From Psammoneis japonica (lineage: Eukaryota), in the NCBI GenBank assembly GCA_008632985.1, contig QPGO01000197.1:62001-126000 (forward strand): DNA of 64,000 nucleotides. The letters run 5' to 3'. How positions within the stretch are numbered: the first letter of the stretch is position 1; each line of letters opens with the position of its first letter. The notes beneath the pieces were generated by a model. That model saw only the letters and a list, made by a program, of their open reading frames with translations. It was not told the DNA's origin and did not search any database. Below are positions 36,191 to 49,084 of this stretch, one piece after another. The translations under genes were made by a program, and so were the position numbers.

Positions 36191-37004
36191 CTGCTGCCAT
36201 CATGGTTTCTTTCTGTGGCATCATGTTTTGACACTGTGTGGTCATTGCTTTCAAAAAGACTGCAAGGCATGTGACAATGGAAGAGTGCTTGAAATGTGAT
36301 GCAATGCGGGCAAAAATGGACTTGAAGGGTGGGGACAAAGTGTGATGGCATTGTTGCAGCAGCAGCTGTGCAGGACTCAGGGTTGCTGGCCTCAAACCAA
36401 GCTGCACATGGCAAGGAAGGCTCTCTGTTTCAAGCTCTGTGTGCAGTGTTCTTTTGGTTTTGGGGTGCTGCAACGACTCTCTGCCACTGGACCTTGGAAG
36501 GTTGGTGCCTGGCAGTGGCTGCTCAGTTGCTTGCCACACCCTCACACCCCCCACACCCCTGAGCTGTGGGTGTGCAGAACAATGGAGTCTTCAACAGCTG
36601 ACAAGATCCCACAAATGAAGTGCGTGTGAGCACCCCAGCTTTGGAGAGGTGTGGCATCAATGACAAGGGTGCAACCCAACAAATGGCAGTTGCCGCTGAT
36701 GGCATGTTTCCTGGCCAACGCCCTTTCTCCATTGGTTTGTCACTCCAGCCGGCATTGAGTGAAGCAAGTTGCCAGGAGGTGTGTGTCACCAGCTCTCTAA
36801 ACCACTCATGTCACCACCCTCATCTTGTTGGCCAGCGTCATTGCGTGGGGCAAAGTTTGAAGATGACAGCCAAGATGAGGGATGATGGCATGCACGCACG
36901 CAGAGCGCAGAGATGCGGCAGGGAAGCCGCGGCATGCCGGCAGAGGGCCTTCTGCATAAAATCATCTCACACGGTGCACCTGCAACCCTCGCTGGCTCAT
37001 GACA

Positions 37005-37756
37005 ATGGGCTTTGAGACAAGCACTTTCATCTGCCAGCCGGCAGACAAAAATCTTTGCTGTCCATTGTGCCTGCAAGTTTTTGACAGCCCAGTGACCACA
37101 TGCCGTGAAGGTCGCGTGCTCTGCAAGGCATGCTTCAACAAGCTGCGCCCTCCAGACAAGGGAAACATCACTGTGGCCACCTCCAACAAATGCCCGCAGT
37201 GTCAAGGATGCTTGGTGGACACACCACTTCCAAACCACCCTCTCCAAGGCATCATGTCTGGCCTGAAAATGAGATGCGAGAAGGTCACTTGAACTGTGTT
37301 GCCTGCGCCAGTCATTGCACCGGAGCATGCAACTGGCAGAGAACTGTGGAGGAATGTGTCACCAACCACAAACAAACTTGCAATCCCTTCGATTTGCATG
37401 GTGGCTCAACAGAATGCTCAGCAGCACAAGAGCAGATCAGACGAGGTGCTGACAGCATTGCGGCAGCTGTGCTGGAGTCGGGAGAAACCAAAGAACAAGG
37501 CAAGGCTTTGGTGCAAGCCCCGGCCCATGATGACGCATGGTCAGTTTCTCTTGCCCTTGGAGGAGAACAGGCCAGGGTGGATCACCTGTTGCCAGTGGAC
37601 TGTTCTCATTTGGCAATGAGGGAACAGGGCAGATTCATTGGGGACTTTTGTGGTGGCAAAGCAGAGATCACTTGGGAAGAGGCACGTGTTTTCTTTGTCA
37701 GGTGCGTGCTCGACCAGATTCATTCAAATGATGAAGGCCAGGAAAACAAGGAATGA
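37005..37756 (+). pseudogene. Hypermutated, frameshifted copy of the RING-finger gene at 39691-40494
   Basis: Colinear with the intact gene; many TA->CA/TG and CG->CA/TG changes; frameshift near 37280 and an internal deletion. Confidence 0.9.
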
Positions 37757-39690
37757 ACTTTGCGGCAGTGGAAGACAAGGAGCAACGCCAGGGGGAACGC
37801 ATGTCACATCATCCTGAGTGATTCCTTGCGTGCCTCACCATTTGTTGTGTTCTCCACAATGTAGAAAACTGATTTTTGCAAAGCTTTCACATTCACTGGC
37901 TCCAATTGCATTGCAAATTAACATGTGCCAATGCTGATGTTGCTGCTGCACCCTGCTCTGCCCCCCATTTGACAGCAGCAAAATCACTTGGGCTGGTTGC
38001 CAAGGAGGATTGATGCAAGGGCTGGAAGACTGGAAATGCCCTGATGCTTTGTCAACCTCAGCATGGTTCCGAAGTGCAGATGGGCAGGCAGCATGTGCCG
38101 GCACGGTGCAGCACCTGTCCCAGTCATCACATGTGAACGAACATGCACGCATGCCAAAAAGGGGCCACAGTCTTTGGGTGCCATCCACCTTCCAAAATTG
38201 CAAATGAAAATTGCAACTTTCCAGCACAAAAAGAGTGCTGAAATCCTGGAGAAAACAGTGTGTTGCCATGGCAGCATGACAGTTGATGCTTTCTCAATGA
38301 GACAACATTGCAGAGGCAGGCCCATCAGCAAAGATTGCTCAAACCCTGGAACTTGAGATTGCTTCCACACCACTCTGGCAGAGCTCCAGCCAGTCTTTGC
38401 TGCAAACTGTTGGATGTGAGGGGCCTCAATTTTGGTGGGTTTGTCCTGGGCACCCTGTGTTTCTGCATGGTCAGCCATGGAGCAGCAAGTTGTGTGGTCA
38501 GCGGCACTCTCGTCAACCCAGCTGTGACCATTTGCAAGGTGCTGACAGGGCTCCTCTTTACACCCAGCTCTGGACATGCTCTTGAGCCACAGCCAACAAG
38601 GCTGGGGCTCAATGGTGCTGACAAGAAGGCAATTTGTGACTCACATGAGAGCGGCAAATCTTCAGCAACAAAATGGTGCACACCATGACAACAATCCCCT
38701 GAGGACAATTGCCCCTGCTCCTTTGCAAATTTTGTGTGGTGCTGAAACTCCTCTTCAACCCAAGACTTTTTTCCTCGGGGGACACAACAGAGAGAGAGAG
38801 AGGTCAGAGCATCCTGTCAAGCAGCACCAGTGGCAGCTGCCATCATGTCTCTTTCTGCAACCTGATGGTTTGATGCCATCTGATCATTGCAAAAAGACTG
38901 TGAGGCAAGTGGTGGTGGAAGTCTTGAAATGTGATGCAGAACAGACCAAAAAGTGCTTGAAAGAGAGACTGAGTGTGATGGCATTGTTTTGGCAGCAGCT
39001 GCATGGTGGGGTTCTGGGTCGCTCTCAAACCAAGCTGCACATGGCAAGGAAAAGGCCGTCTGTTTCAAGGTCTGTGCACAGTGTTCTTTCAGCTTGAAGG
39101 GTGCTGCAAAACAACTCTCTGCCAGATCTCTGAAGGCTGCTGCCTGGTGCCCCCCCCCCCAAGCCTTGGCTGGGTGCGCAGAGTGCGGAGTCCTCCTCAG
39201 CTGGCAAGATCCCGCAAAAATGAAGCACTCACCTCAGCTTTGGAGAGGTGTCAACACAAAGGGCATGACCCAAATGGCAGTCAACACTGAGAGTGTGTTT
39301 CTTGGCTGATGCCCTCTCTCCATCTGTTTGTCACTCAAGCCAGCGTGCCAAGTGTGAAGCAAGTTGCCGGGTGTGGTGTGCTGTGTGTGTCACCAGCTCT
39401 GCTGTGAACCACTCCTGTCGCCACCCTCATCTAGAAGGCCAGCGTCATTGCATGGGGCAAACATTTGAGGATGGCAGTCAGACAAGATGAGGGATGAGGC
39501 CAGATGCGGCAGAGATCAAGGGAAGCCAGTGGCAGGGACTTCTGCGGATTTACATGACGGATGGTCCTTTCCATCCATCACACTCCAGAACAGATCCTTT
39601 CTTTTTTGGTCTGGCTGTCGTCGTAAGCTCATTCTTCCATCGCAATGATGTGTGTGTCAATAAATCGTCTCACACACCGGCAGATAGACA

Positions 39691-40494
39691 ATGGGCTTCG
39701 AGACGAGCGCTTTCATCTGCCAGCCGGTAGACGACAATCTTTGTTGTCCATTGTGCCTACAAGTTTTTGATAGCCCAGTGACCACATGCCTTGAAGGCCA
39801 TGTGCTCTGCAAAGCATGCTTCGACAAGCTGCGCACTCCGGATGAGGGAAATAATAATGCAATTGCTGCCTCCAATAAATGCCCGCAGTGTCGTGGATGC
39901 TTGGTGGATACGCCACTTCCAAACCGCCCTCTCCAAGGTATCATATCGGGACTGAAAATAAGATGCGAAAGTCACTCGAACTGCGTTGCCTGCACCGGTC
40001 GTTGCACCGGAGCATGCGACTGGCAGGGAACTGTGGAGGATTACGCCACCCGGCATAAACCAACATGCAGTCATTGCAGCTTTATATCCTGTGAAGCGTG
40101 CACGACTATGGTCCGAAACTGTTGTGTTGATTCGCACAGTGGCTCAACAGAATGCCTAGCAGCGCAAGAGCAGATCAGACGAGGTGCTTATGGCATTGTG
40201 GCAGCTGTGCTAGAGTCGGGAGAAACAGACCAAGAGCGAGGCGAGTTTTTGGTACAAACCCTAATCCATGACGACATGTGGTTAATTTCTATTGGCCTTG
40301 GAGAACGGGTCGGGTTGGATTACATATCGCCTGCGGACTATTCTCGTTTGGCAACGATGGAACAGGGCGGATCCATTAGGGACGTTTTCGGCGGCAAAGC
40401 AGAGATCACGGAGGAAGAGGCTCGTACGTTCTTCGTTAGGTGCATTCTTGGCAAGATGAATTCAAATGTTGAAGACCAGGACAATGAAGAATGA
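39691..40494 (+). CDS. C3HC4 RING zinc-finger protein (TRAF/SINA-like arrangement)
   Basis: CPLC..CLEGHVLCKAC..CPQC RING, followed by LKIRC..CDWQG..H..C zinc finger. Confidence 0.88.
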   Translation: MGFETSAFICQPVDDNLCCPLCLQVFDSPVTTCLEGHVLCKACFDKLRTPDEGNNNAIAASNKCPQCRGCLVDTPLPNRPLQGIISGLKIRCESHSNCVACTGRCTGACDWQGTVEDYATRHKPTCSHCSFISCEACTTMVRNCCVDSHSGSTECLAAQEQIRRGAYGIVAAVLESGETDQERGEFLVQTLIHDDMWLISIGLGERVGLDYISPADYSRLATMEQGGSIRDVFGGKAEITEEEARTFFVRCILGKMNSNVEDQDNEE

Positions 40495-41313
40495 ATTATT
40501 TTGCGGTAGTAAACGTCAAGGGGCAAGATCAGTGTGAACGGATTGTCTGTGATCTTATATCCGGGCGTGATTTCTTCTTCTACCCCTTTGTTATTATTTG
40601 TCATATTCCCTATTCCGATTTATGCGTTGGAAGGATACATGTAGTACATGATAAGATTCGGATCATATCTTTTGCGACGTATTGATGGAAATCTTCTCTT
40701 TGGATCCATTTGCGCAATAGAATGTGTCGATCTTTTTAATCTCTCTTGTTGTTGCATATTGCAAAGCTTCCGCATCCACTGACTCCAATTATTTTACAAT
40801 TAACTTTTGTGCGTATGCTCATGTTGCTGCTACATCCTGCTCTGCCCCATTGAACAGCGGCAAAAAAAGTGACTTGGGAAATATGGTCGCCGAGGAGGAT
40901 AGATGCAAGGACTGGAAGACCGGAAAGTTCCAGAATGCTTCGTCAACCACGACATGGTTCCGAAGCGCAAATGGGCAGGTAGGATATCAGTGCGAAAGAA
41001 TGCACATAGGAAGGTTGGGGTAGATGGCATGAGCCAGTGCACCGTACAGTCCGAAGGAGCCAGGCGTGGTAGTATGTATTAGATGCAGAAAAGAAATACA
41101 TCATAGCTTTTAGGTCGAGAACTGAATGCGAATGGCTTGTAAGCACTTCGCTTTTAGAGTGACGCAAGAGAGCCATTCTCTTCATTCTGAAATGCAATAT
41201 CATATTGCGATCTTGCCGAAAAGAGAAGTGCCAACAATGAGCCAGACATTTTAAACTCAACTTTGCTTTGCAAATAAATAAACTAATGTGACCTAAGCCA
41301 ATTGAAAAGTAGT

Positions 41314-42009
41314 TCACTCGTCCATTGCATAAGCCAGCAAACCTACGCCGCCTCTACGAAATCCTACAATTCCGTCTTCTGCTTTGATGATTTGCCACGG
41401 TATCTTTCGCAGCTGCTCGGATATGGTCGGATTCATTATTGTTTTCTTATTCTTGCCACGTCCAGTAGTCATGGATGTACCTGTCCATACAATCGTTGGT
41501 TTGCCTCGCTGTTTTGTCAACGTTCCTTCCCATGTGATTTGGATGGGCGTGATTAAACCCTTCAGAAAGACCTCCGTGTTTGTGACTCTCCGACCATCGG
41601 GATGGATTTCTAGCTGTCCAACCCCTTGCGCAACGAATTTCAGCCACGTTGGTATATGAAGCAGCGCTTTCTTGATTGCGCCCGACTCTTCAAAATTGAC
41701 GTACGATCTGTATTTAAAGTAGTACTTGCCTGGCTGGAGGTGACAATTATTCTTCTTGTTCGACTGTTGTGCAGGGGTGAGTAGCCACTTGTTCCACGCT
41801 CTTCGATCGTCCAAGTTTTCCACCAAACCGGTTCTGGACGAGACCGTCCGACGTAATTCAACTGCGGACATTGAGGGCGAAGCTTCGATGTCAGCACTAC
41901 ATTCCATTGGAGGTATTTGGGACATCTTTTGCATTCGATGCTCGCCATATCGCCCAACGCCGACATTGTACAAAACAACGAAAACGAGCATCCCTCCCAA
42001 GTAAATCAT
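41314..42009 (-). CDS. Hypothetical protein with N-terminal hydrophobic segment (start uncertain)
   Basis: 231-aa ORF with normal composition in an unmutated region. Confidence 0.6.
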   Translation of the reverse strand: MIYLGGMLVFVVLYNVGVGRYGEHRMQKMSQIPPMECSADIEASPSMSAVELRRTVSSRTGLVENLDDRRAWNKWLLTPAQQSNKKNNCHLQPGKYYFKYRSYVNFEESGAIKKALLHIPTWLKFVAQGVGQLEIHPDGRRVTNTEVFLKGLITPIQITWEGTLTKQRGKPTIVWTGTSMTTGRGKNKKTIMNPTISEQLRKIPWQIIKAEDGIVGFRRGGVGLLAYAMDE

Positions 42010-42405
42010 ACTGATGCTGAAAATACAAGTATTCGATCAAATGTGGAGGGTGCTATTGTTTTGTTTTGTCGGTCGCTCTGCGACTGCGGTGAATGCCATG
42101 GTGCATGGTAGGTAGCGCTGGTTGGTCGCGTTATTCACTCGTGAGTGTCACTTTATCATACTGGTGAAGCTTCATAGTCGTAGATAGGTCGTATGTTATG
42201 GATTCATTCGTTACTTAATAATGAAATATTAATAGAAAAAAATTTCGTTATTATGTTATTTAGCTTCCTACAGCTTCTTAGATCGAACAATTGTTTCAGT
42301 AAACACAATACTCAAATATCCGTTATGCATTATCGCATTCAAGTACCCTGCTTGATCACCGCTTTCGGTCTCACAATTTTTCGAAGAGCGCGACGAAGGA
42401 ACAAG

Positions 42406-42987
42406 ATGAGAGTGTCGTCTGCTACGGCACTGGCTGCAACCTGCCTTTTGGTTTCTTCTGACGGAATTTCCTCTGATAGAGTCGTCAGTCACACCGACAG
42501 GGACAGAGGCGAAAGCCATTCTAAAAACTCGTTTACTTTTGAATCCGCCTTGCTGGACGCTGAAGAAAACCAATACTGGGAGAGGATCCTTCAAATATCT
42601 AGCCTTGGCAACACGCTATCTCCCTCACCTCCTCCAGCGCAGGGCTTACCGATTGGTTCAGAGTGTCGCGAAAGTGCAGAGTGTGAAAGCAAAAGTTGCT
42701 TTTATGGCTTGGTCCCTCCTGGTACACCAGGAACCTGCCTGTGCAACCTGGAAACCAACGCTGGTTGCACCAGTGGCCGTACCTGTACTATCTTGGAGTT
42801 TTTGCTGGATAACCCACCCTTTTGTGGTTTGCCTATTGGTGCACCGTGTGATCCTGACATCACCTTTGACTGTAGTACAACTCAGTGTTTCAAAGGCGAA
42901 TGCCAATGCTTTGAGGCTTTCAACGCGGGATGTCCTGAAGGTCAGGATTGTGTTGGAGACGAAAACACGGGATATTCATGCGTCTGA
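42406..42987 (+). CDS. Small secreted Cys-rich repeat protein (RXL site RIL)
   Basis: Signal MRVSSATALAATCLLVSS; two repeats GLPIG..C....C....C....C.C....NAGC..G..C. Confidence 0.75.
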   Translation: MRVSSATALAATCLLVSSDGISSDRVVSHTDRDRGESHSKNSFTFESALLDAEENQYWERILQISSLGNTLSPSPPPAQGLPIGSECRESAECESKSCFYGLVPPGTPGTCLCNLETNAGCTSGRTCTILEFLLDNPPFCGLPIGAPCDPDITFDCSTTQCFKGECQCFEAFNAGCPEGQDCVGDENTGYSCV

Positions 42988-43512
42988 TTTTAGTAACAAC
43001 GATTCCCTGTCCTACAAACGATCTTGTGTTTCCAAGTATTAGGTTTGGTAACAGGTTTAGTGTGAATATGACGAACTGAGATTGATATAGTTCCTATACC
43101 GACCCAAAATAGTAGGGCCTACTAGCTACTCTCAAAGTGACGAAAAGTCTTCAACATTTCAACTAACAGCTCATTGTTTCGAGGAATGGAGTGGCTTGCC
43201 AAACTTTGTAAAGTGACGGCAGTATCATGGAAACACGAGCAAGTTGAAAGCATCTGCCGTACCAAAGATTAAGAACTAATACGTTTAATGTCTGTACTGG
43301 TGAGCCAATCCTGCTTCCGGCTCTCACTTCGATTCGTCTAAATCTGGATGTGGCTAGAGCTCTGTCGGACACGATGCGTCCCGCTGTTAGCGTCAAACAG
43401 AAGGTAGACCGCTGTAGGCGTGTTGGACAAATGCTGTCGTGATAGCCAGTCAATGCCGTGCATCAGCCTGATGAATAGCTCCAGCGTCTGAAAAACATAT
43501 CGCACAATAATC

Positions 43513-44979
43513 TCAGGCAAGCTCGTAGTACAGAGTGTTGATCGACTTGCTCAACACGTCTCTGTTTGCGTCAATAAAAGTGTGCTGTTTGTACTGGGCC
43601 AGACTATGCGCAACAACAGCGTTCAACTTCATTGCCTGGTTCAAAAAGGTAAAGACATTTGGCGACCGGCCGTACCCAAACGACATTTTCTTGCCGGGCT
43701 TGACGTGAAAGTTGACGCCGGTCTGGCAATATCCACCGACGCACAAGCCCACTGGGACAATGTCAGCCTCGTTTGTGATGCGAAGATGACGCAGACGTCC
43801 TTCCTCCTCTAGCGTTTCGAATGCCTTGCCGTAGGTGGTGTCGCCCGCAGTCGGAGAAGCAAAGGAAATGGCCGTAATCGGCGAAGGTACAAATTCCTTG
43901 CACTCCTCATCGGCAGCTACGGCAAAGGCCAAAAGTTGCGCAAGAGCCGCTCCCAAGCTGTGCCCACTAATGTAAAGATCGTATCCGGGGTATTGTTCAT
44001 AGATTTCTTTCAAGTCATTGACGATCTGTTTAATCTTGGGCTGGTTGTCCTCCTCTTTATTGGGACCGAATAGGTACTTGTAAAAGCCAGAATGCATACG
44101 GATCTCTTCATCTTCTTGGAGATCATCTTTGAGACATTCCGGTGTTTCATATTTTGAGAACCATGCCTGCAAGTCCGTTTTCCAATCCTGCCCCGTCACG
44201 CTTCCTCGGAAGAAAACAGCAATCCTCTTATCCGTCCTGAAATGAGCAACAAGTATGTCAATATTTGTGTGAGGGAATAGATCAATAATGTTGGAGTACG
44301 TGAATGCGTTCCGGTCCCCTACGCACTTTACTCACTTGTTCACTGTGATACCGAAAACCAGTTCTTTCATTTCAAACTTGTCGTCAAACTCCACAAGATG
44401 GATGTCGCGAGTGCAGACTTGTTCAAGTGTTGCCTCCACCTTTAACGGGTCGCCATTGTTTTCTTCGAGTGTAATGTGTCCTGCTTCGTCCGAAAGGTAT
44501 TTTCGATTTCTCCGTATAAACTCGAGAACTGCGGGTGCTGTAATGTCGTGCTTGAGATATCTTCCCCGGTTATTGACGTGAGCACTATTCTGAGTGACAA
44601 CAAAAGCAGGATCTGTAAAGTCTATAAGGTCCTTTTCTTTTTTGATTCCAAACATGCCAAATGGCAATACATTCTCCTTGGCAGGCACGCCCTTGCGTAC
44701 TTCGCGATCGTGCTCGTTTACAATTTCGCGAATGGCAGCGTAGCTGTAGATGAGGGAAGAACCTGTTATGTTGTGAGAACAATCGGAATCGAAATGATAC
44801 CCATTGCACGCCACATTGTATCTTACCAGCGAGGAACTCGGGATAAGGTCGTTGGTGGGATGTTCGGTTGAACGAAGTTGGGAAGCGATCCTCTGGTAGT
44901 GGGACGGAGCTTGAAATGAGTAAACATTCGTTACAACGCTACCGGCAATGAATGAAAAAAGGGTAGAAGAGATCTTCAT
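43513..44979 (-). CDS. Class 3 lipase, probably plastid-targeted; join(43513..44236,44336..44979)
   Basis: FRGS, HSGF, GHSLG and DIVP motifs; intron 44237-44335; signal peptide ending VYS-FQAP (ASAFAP-like). Confidence 0.88.
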
Positions 44980-45679
44980 GATGAAGTTTGATGTTTCAGG
45001 ATTCAAGTTGGATACTTTGTGAGAAAGATGAGGCCGCCATCGTCATAAGAGGTGCGCGTTGATGGGTTTCCGGCATGCAGTTTTGAGTCACTAATCGATG
45101 CTGACGTTTCCTGCACGGGGGCATAATTCGTGATTCGCTTTCGTACCTCGTGGTATCTTTTCTACGCAGTCACATCGTGTTTGCTTGATCGTTTGGCCGT
45201 CTATAAGCATGTTTGTGCCCAACTAAACTTGCGCACAGACAAACACTACTGTAGTACACTGGATCTTGAGACGGATGAGTGCAAGACAAGATAATGCTGA
45301 ATGATGCATACGCGTAGGAATGTACGCAACCTCGTACATTGACGTCACTTGCGAACTCCGTGCCGCCAACAGCACCAACAACCAAGCGCCACAAGACCAG
45401 CCATGGCGGCACTCCCAAACACCGCAAGGCATCAGCATGATGAAAGCGACAATAATACATCAGAAGCGCTCATGTTTGTCGGTAACGAAATCGACAAGGC
45501 ATAGAAGCGGCGTGGCGTTTTCATAAATTGCGCTTCCATCTGAACGCGTAGAAATCAACGAGTCGTGAGTACTGAGTGAGGAACGCGCCAAAAATCCCGC
45601 GCTCCGCTCTCCTTCTCGCACATCGTTTCGCTGGCAATACTGCACTGTAACAACAAACATCAACAAAAGCAACAACATC

Positions 45680-46714
45680 ATGTCTCCCACCGACACGACG
45701 ACGAACTTCTTGGACGAGTCTCCTAACGCCATGGCTGAGCGTGTCATGGAAGAAGCCATGGAGCAACAACAGCAAAACAAGAACGCGTCGAATGAGGTGG
45801 AGGACGAAGTAGTTGTACTTGCTTCCAACAATACGCAAGATCCTGTGGATGACGATGACGACGACGATTTACTTCTCGATACGAATGATGCCAAGACAAT
45901 CACGACACAGATTGAAGACTTGGTACAGGATGGATTGCGTGTGTATCGCGAGCTAGAGATGGTGCAGCAAAAGTATCACCAAGCCAAGCAGTTGCAGGAG
46001 TCGTCGCACGATGAATTGGTGCGACTCCGAGTGACTCAAGAAGAAAACAAGGCCACGATCGCGGTGCGTAGTATGGTTATGCTGTATTATGATTGTGTTT
46101 TGATGTGATACGATTGTTGCTGACTCACTCTTTACTCTACTCGTTCTATTCTTTGTTACAGAACTTACTCAAGGCCGTCGAACAGTCTCAATCGCGCGAT
46201 TACTCTCGCGTCGCTTCGGTAGAATCCAGTCTTCGCCGTGAACTATTGGATATGAGGGTCCAACGTGACGAGGCGTTACGTGAGCTTGCCGAAAAGGAAC
46301 GCCAAGCCCAACTCCAAAAGGAACTCGTGTTGCAACTCCAAGCCAAGCTGGGACGGTGTCTCTCGGAAAAGATTGCGCTGGAACGAGAAACGCGCGCCAA
46401 CACGTCTCTGGCCAAGAGCTTGAATGTGCATCAGCAGCAACAGCATGCGGATGCCGAGTTTTACAAGCGCAAAGTGAGTTTCGTGGGATTGGAACTGTAT
46501 TGTGCTTGATTTTGTATGCTCTAACTACATTCGCTAAACTATTCAAAAAACATAGACCGCCGAACTCCAGGACCAGCTCCAGGCGAAAAAGGCCTTGGTT
46601 TCGGAACAAAAGCTTCAGATTGACGAGCTGCGTCGTCGTCTTGATCGCTACGCCGGTCAAAAGAGGGTTGCGTCCATTTCGGCCGAATCTGGAAACAAGC
46701 GTGGACGCAAGTAA
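45680..46714 (+). CDS. Coiled-coil hypothetical protein; join(45680..46063,46162..46473,46556..46714)
   Basis: Acidic N-terminus, E/Q/L/R heptad-like sequence, two frame-preserving GT-AG introns. Confidence 0.75.
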
Positions 46715-47299
46715 AGAAGTATTGGAAGGAAGTCACGGATCAGGGGTCTGTGTGAAAGAGGGTATGATACGCTCTAGAGCGAGAGTATCACAAGCATCCA
46801 GCATATTTGTGTAGGCAGTATTCGGATTCAGCCGTACTAGTAGTAAGTTTCTTTAGAAGCCATTCTATCGCCAAACTCGATCTATCTGATGGTAGTAGGT
46901 CAGACCAAGCCCGGAATATCCCTATCGTTGTCCGTAGAGGTTACTGAGTGTCGTCCCCCCCTATCGTTTTGAATTTAGTCAGACATGATTTCTGCCACCC
47001 CCCTCTACTACATAGTGAGTCAAGTGGGGAAGGGAAAAAATGACGCAGTGGAATGCGAGGTTCTTCGTAATCGCCCAATGACACTGGACATAAAAAATCA
47101 AGTCGACCCATGCATTCGAGGCTTGCTGAGCGATCGCGGTCTTACGGAACTGTGATGTCGTTGGGAAGCCAGTGGCATCAGAATCATTAACGATTTAGCG
47201 CCACCGTCAACAGTTTTGATTTTTTCGTTGGAAAGCATCTCAGAGAAGTAAAATTCGATTCACAATGCAAACCGAGCAAGATCCCAGGTCTTTACCAAG

Positions 47300-48452
47300 C
47301 TACAACTTGGTGGTATTTGTCGTTGGGGGACATTTAAGCTCCCAAACGTTTAGGCTCTCCTCGTACACTCGACCCTCGCAACTCCTTTCAAGAACTTCCT
47401 CTGCCATTTTTCTCGTGTCGACGAAATGCCAACGTTTTTTTGGTTGACTATTCTTTTTGCAGTCCTCTTCCCACATGGTCTCGTCCGCTCGTACTCGAAT
47501 AAAGCACACATCTGGATTGGTAATTATGGTAATGTTTTTCTCTCGCATGGCAGGTAAAAGGGAATCATTTACGAATTTTTCCGACTGCATCCCAATCCCG
47601 GGTGGTGCGATGTTGCGTACATGAGCGTCAATTCTCGAAAAGCGTTCCGAAGCCCAGATCTTCACCGCATCGTAGGATCCATAAATCATACGATCATTCA
47701 CGGGGTACATGGCAAAGCCCGGTATTACCGCTTCTTTTTCATTGTTCTGTGGGGATGAATGGTACGTTTCGTTGTGTTGATAAATATCAATGGGAGTCAC
47801 GTAGAAAACATCTGACCGTAATGCTGCAACGCGATCGTATGTGATGTCGTGTTCGTGGCTGTAGTTTTCCATCATGTTCCATACAGTGTGAATGCTGTGC
47901 CATGCCTTGATGGCATTGTCCATACTTTGTATCGTCCAGGTACTACGCGTGGGAAAGTAAAGTGGCTTTCCGTCGGATGTAGTGGAGTTATGAAACTTGA
48001 AGAGAGTGGCATTCTGAATTGACAAATACTCCTCTTCAGTCTCGGTTGTATGTCAATGTGCGGTGACCATGATGTTGTACTATTTGCGACCTCTTGGACC
48101 TTGTTCTTCAACAGAAATAGAGCATTCCTATCAATGGTTCCACCTCTGCCAGAGCGATCGGCTTCTTCGTGCTCTGTCAAGACGGCGTGCGCATAAACGT
48201 CACAGCCGTATTTGCGGTTGGGATGCAAAACATTCTTGACAATCGATGGGAGAGCCAGATTCTCGTAACCACGCGGAAGACCAAAAAATAACAAAGCACA
48301 ACGTGGTGAAGTCTTTGTCCTCGCTGGCTGATTCTCGAGCGGGTTCGATATGTTTTTGGAATGAGTTCTAGTGCAGACTCGTCAAACACAAGGCACAAGA
48401 ACGACAGGAGAAACGTGAGCAATACAGCAATGGAACCTTGAAGGCGCATCAT
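47300..48452 (-). CDS. Uncharacterised type II membrane protein (possible glycosyltransferase-like fold); two apparent frameshifts
   Basis: N-terminal TM; FFGLPR..YGCDVYAH, YDRVAALRSDVFY and NDRMIYG motifs in successive frames. Confidence 0.6.
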
Positions 48453-49084
48453 GCTCTTGCCAGAGATCTGTGCAATACGATACAAGCAACTCGAGGGAAG
48501 AGAGAATGAGTGAAACATTTATGGCCTTTACCTTTACACATCAAAAAGATCATGGCCGTTTTTGCCGGTGACAATTTCGAATGTTTTCTGTCGAAGACCT
48601 CGAAAATATTATGACTGCTTCATGTAAGACCAATGACTTTGATAGATATTCATTTAAGGCGGGTCATCCCCGCGTTTATCCTAGAAATTGCAGTGTCTCG
48701 CACCTTATTTTTCTGATATATAGTATTAATGAACCTATTAGATATAACGGAAGCCGTTGTAACGGGCTTCGCTGAAAGCGACCCTCGTTACCTCGGTCTT
48801 TCGCTCACAATTTTGTCATCACTGAAGTCTTTATCTCGTTAGACCTTGCACTGTAATTACAGTCGATTCAAAGAACTGGATGGAGACTAGGAACAATACA
48901 AACAAATTGACTAAACGTGAGAAAAGAGAACCACGCGCAAGAGCAGCAGTTTGGGCTGTTGAGCACCAGAAACAAGTGCAACAACGCAAACGACACGAAC
49001 AGAATTTGGCGAGCCGAGTGCATCATTTGGAGTCAAAGGTAGAGTCCCTGGAGAGGACTGTTGAACAATTGTATTCCCTTTTTC

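Larger units (their letters stand above)
34230..40990 (+). repeat. Tandem segmental duplication: unit 1 ~34230-38100, unit 2 ~38310-40990
   Basis: Colinear matches 34250/38327, 36190/38833, 37005/39691 and 37870/40757. Confidence 0.85.

Noticed and set aside
30480..39550. TpA-poor blocks as horizontally acquired or viral DNA with foreign composition
   Set aside because: They contain direct duplicates of adjacent normal-composition host sequence, so the bias arose in place.
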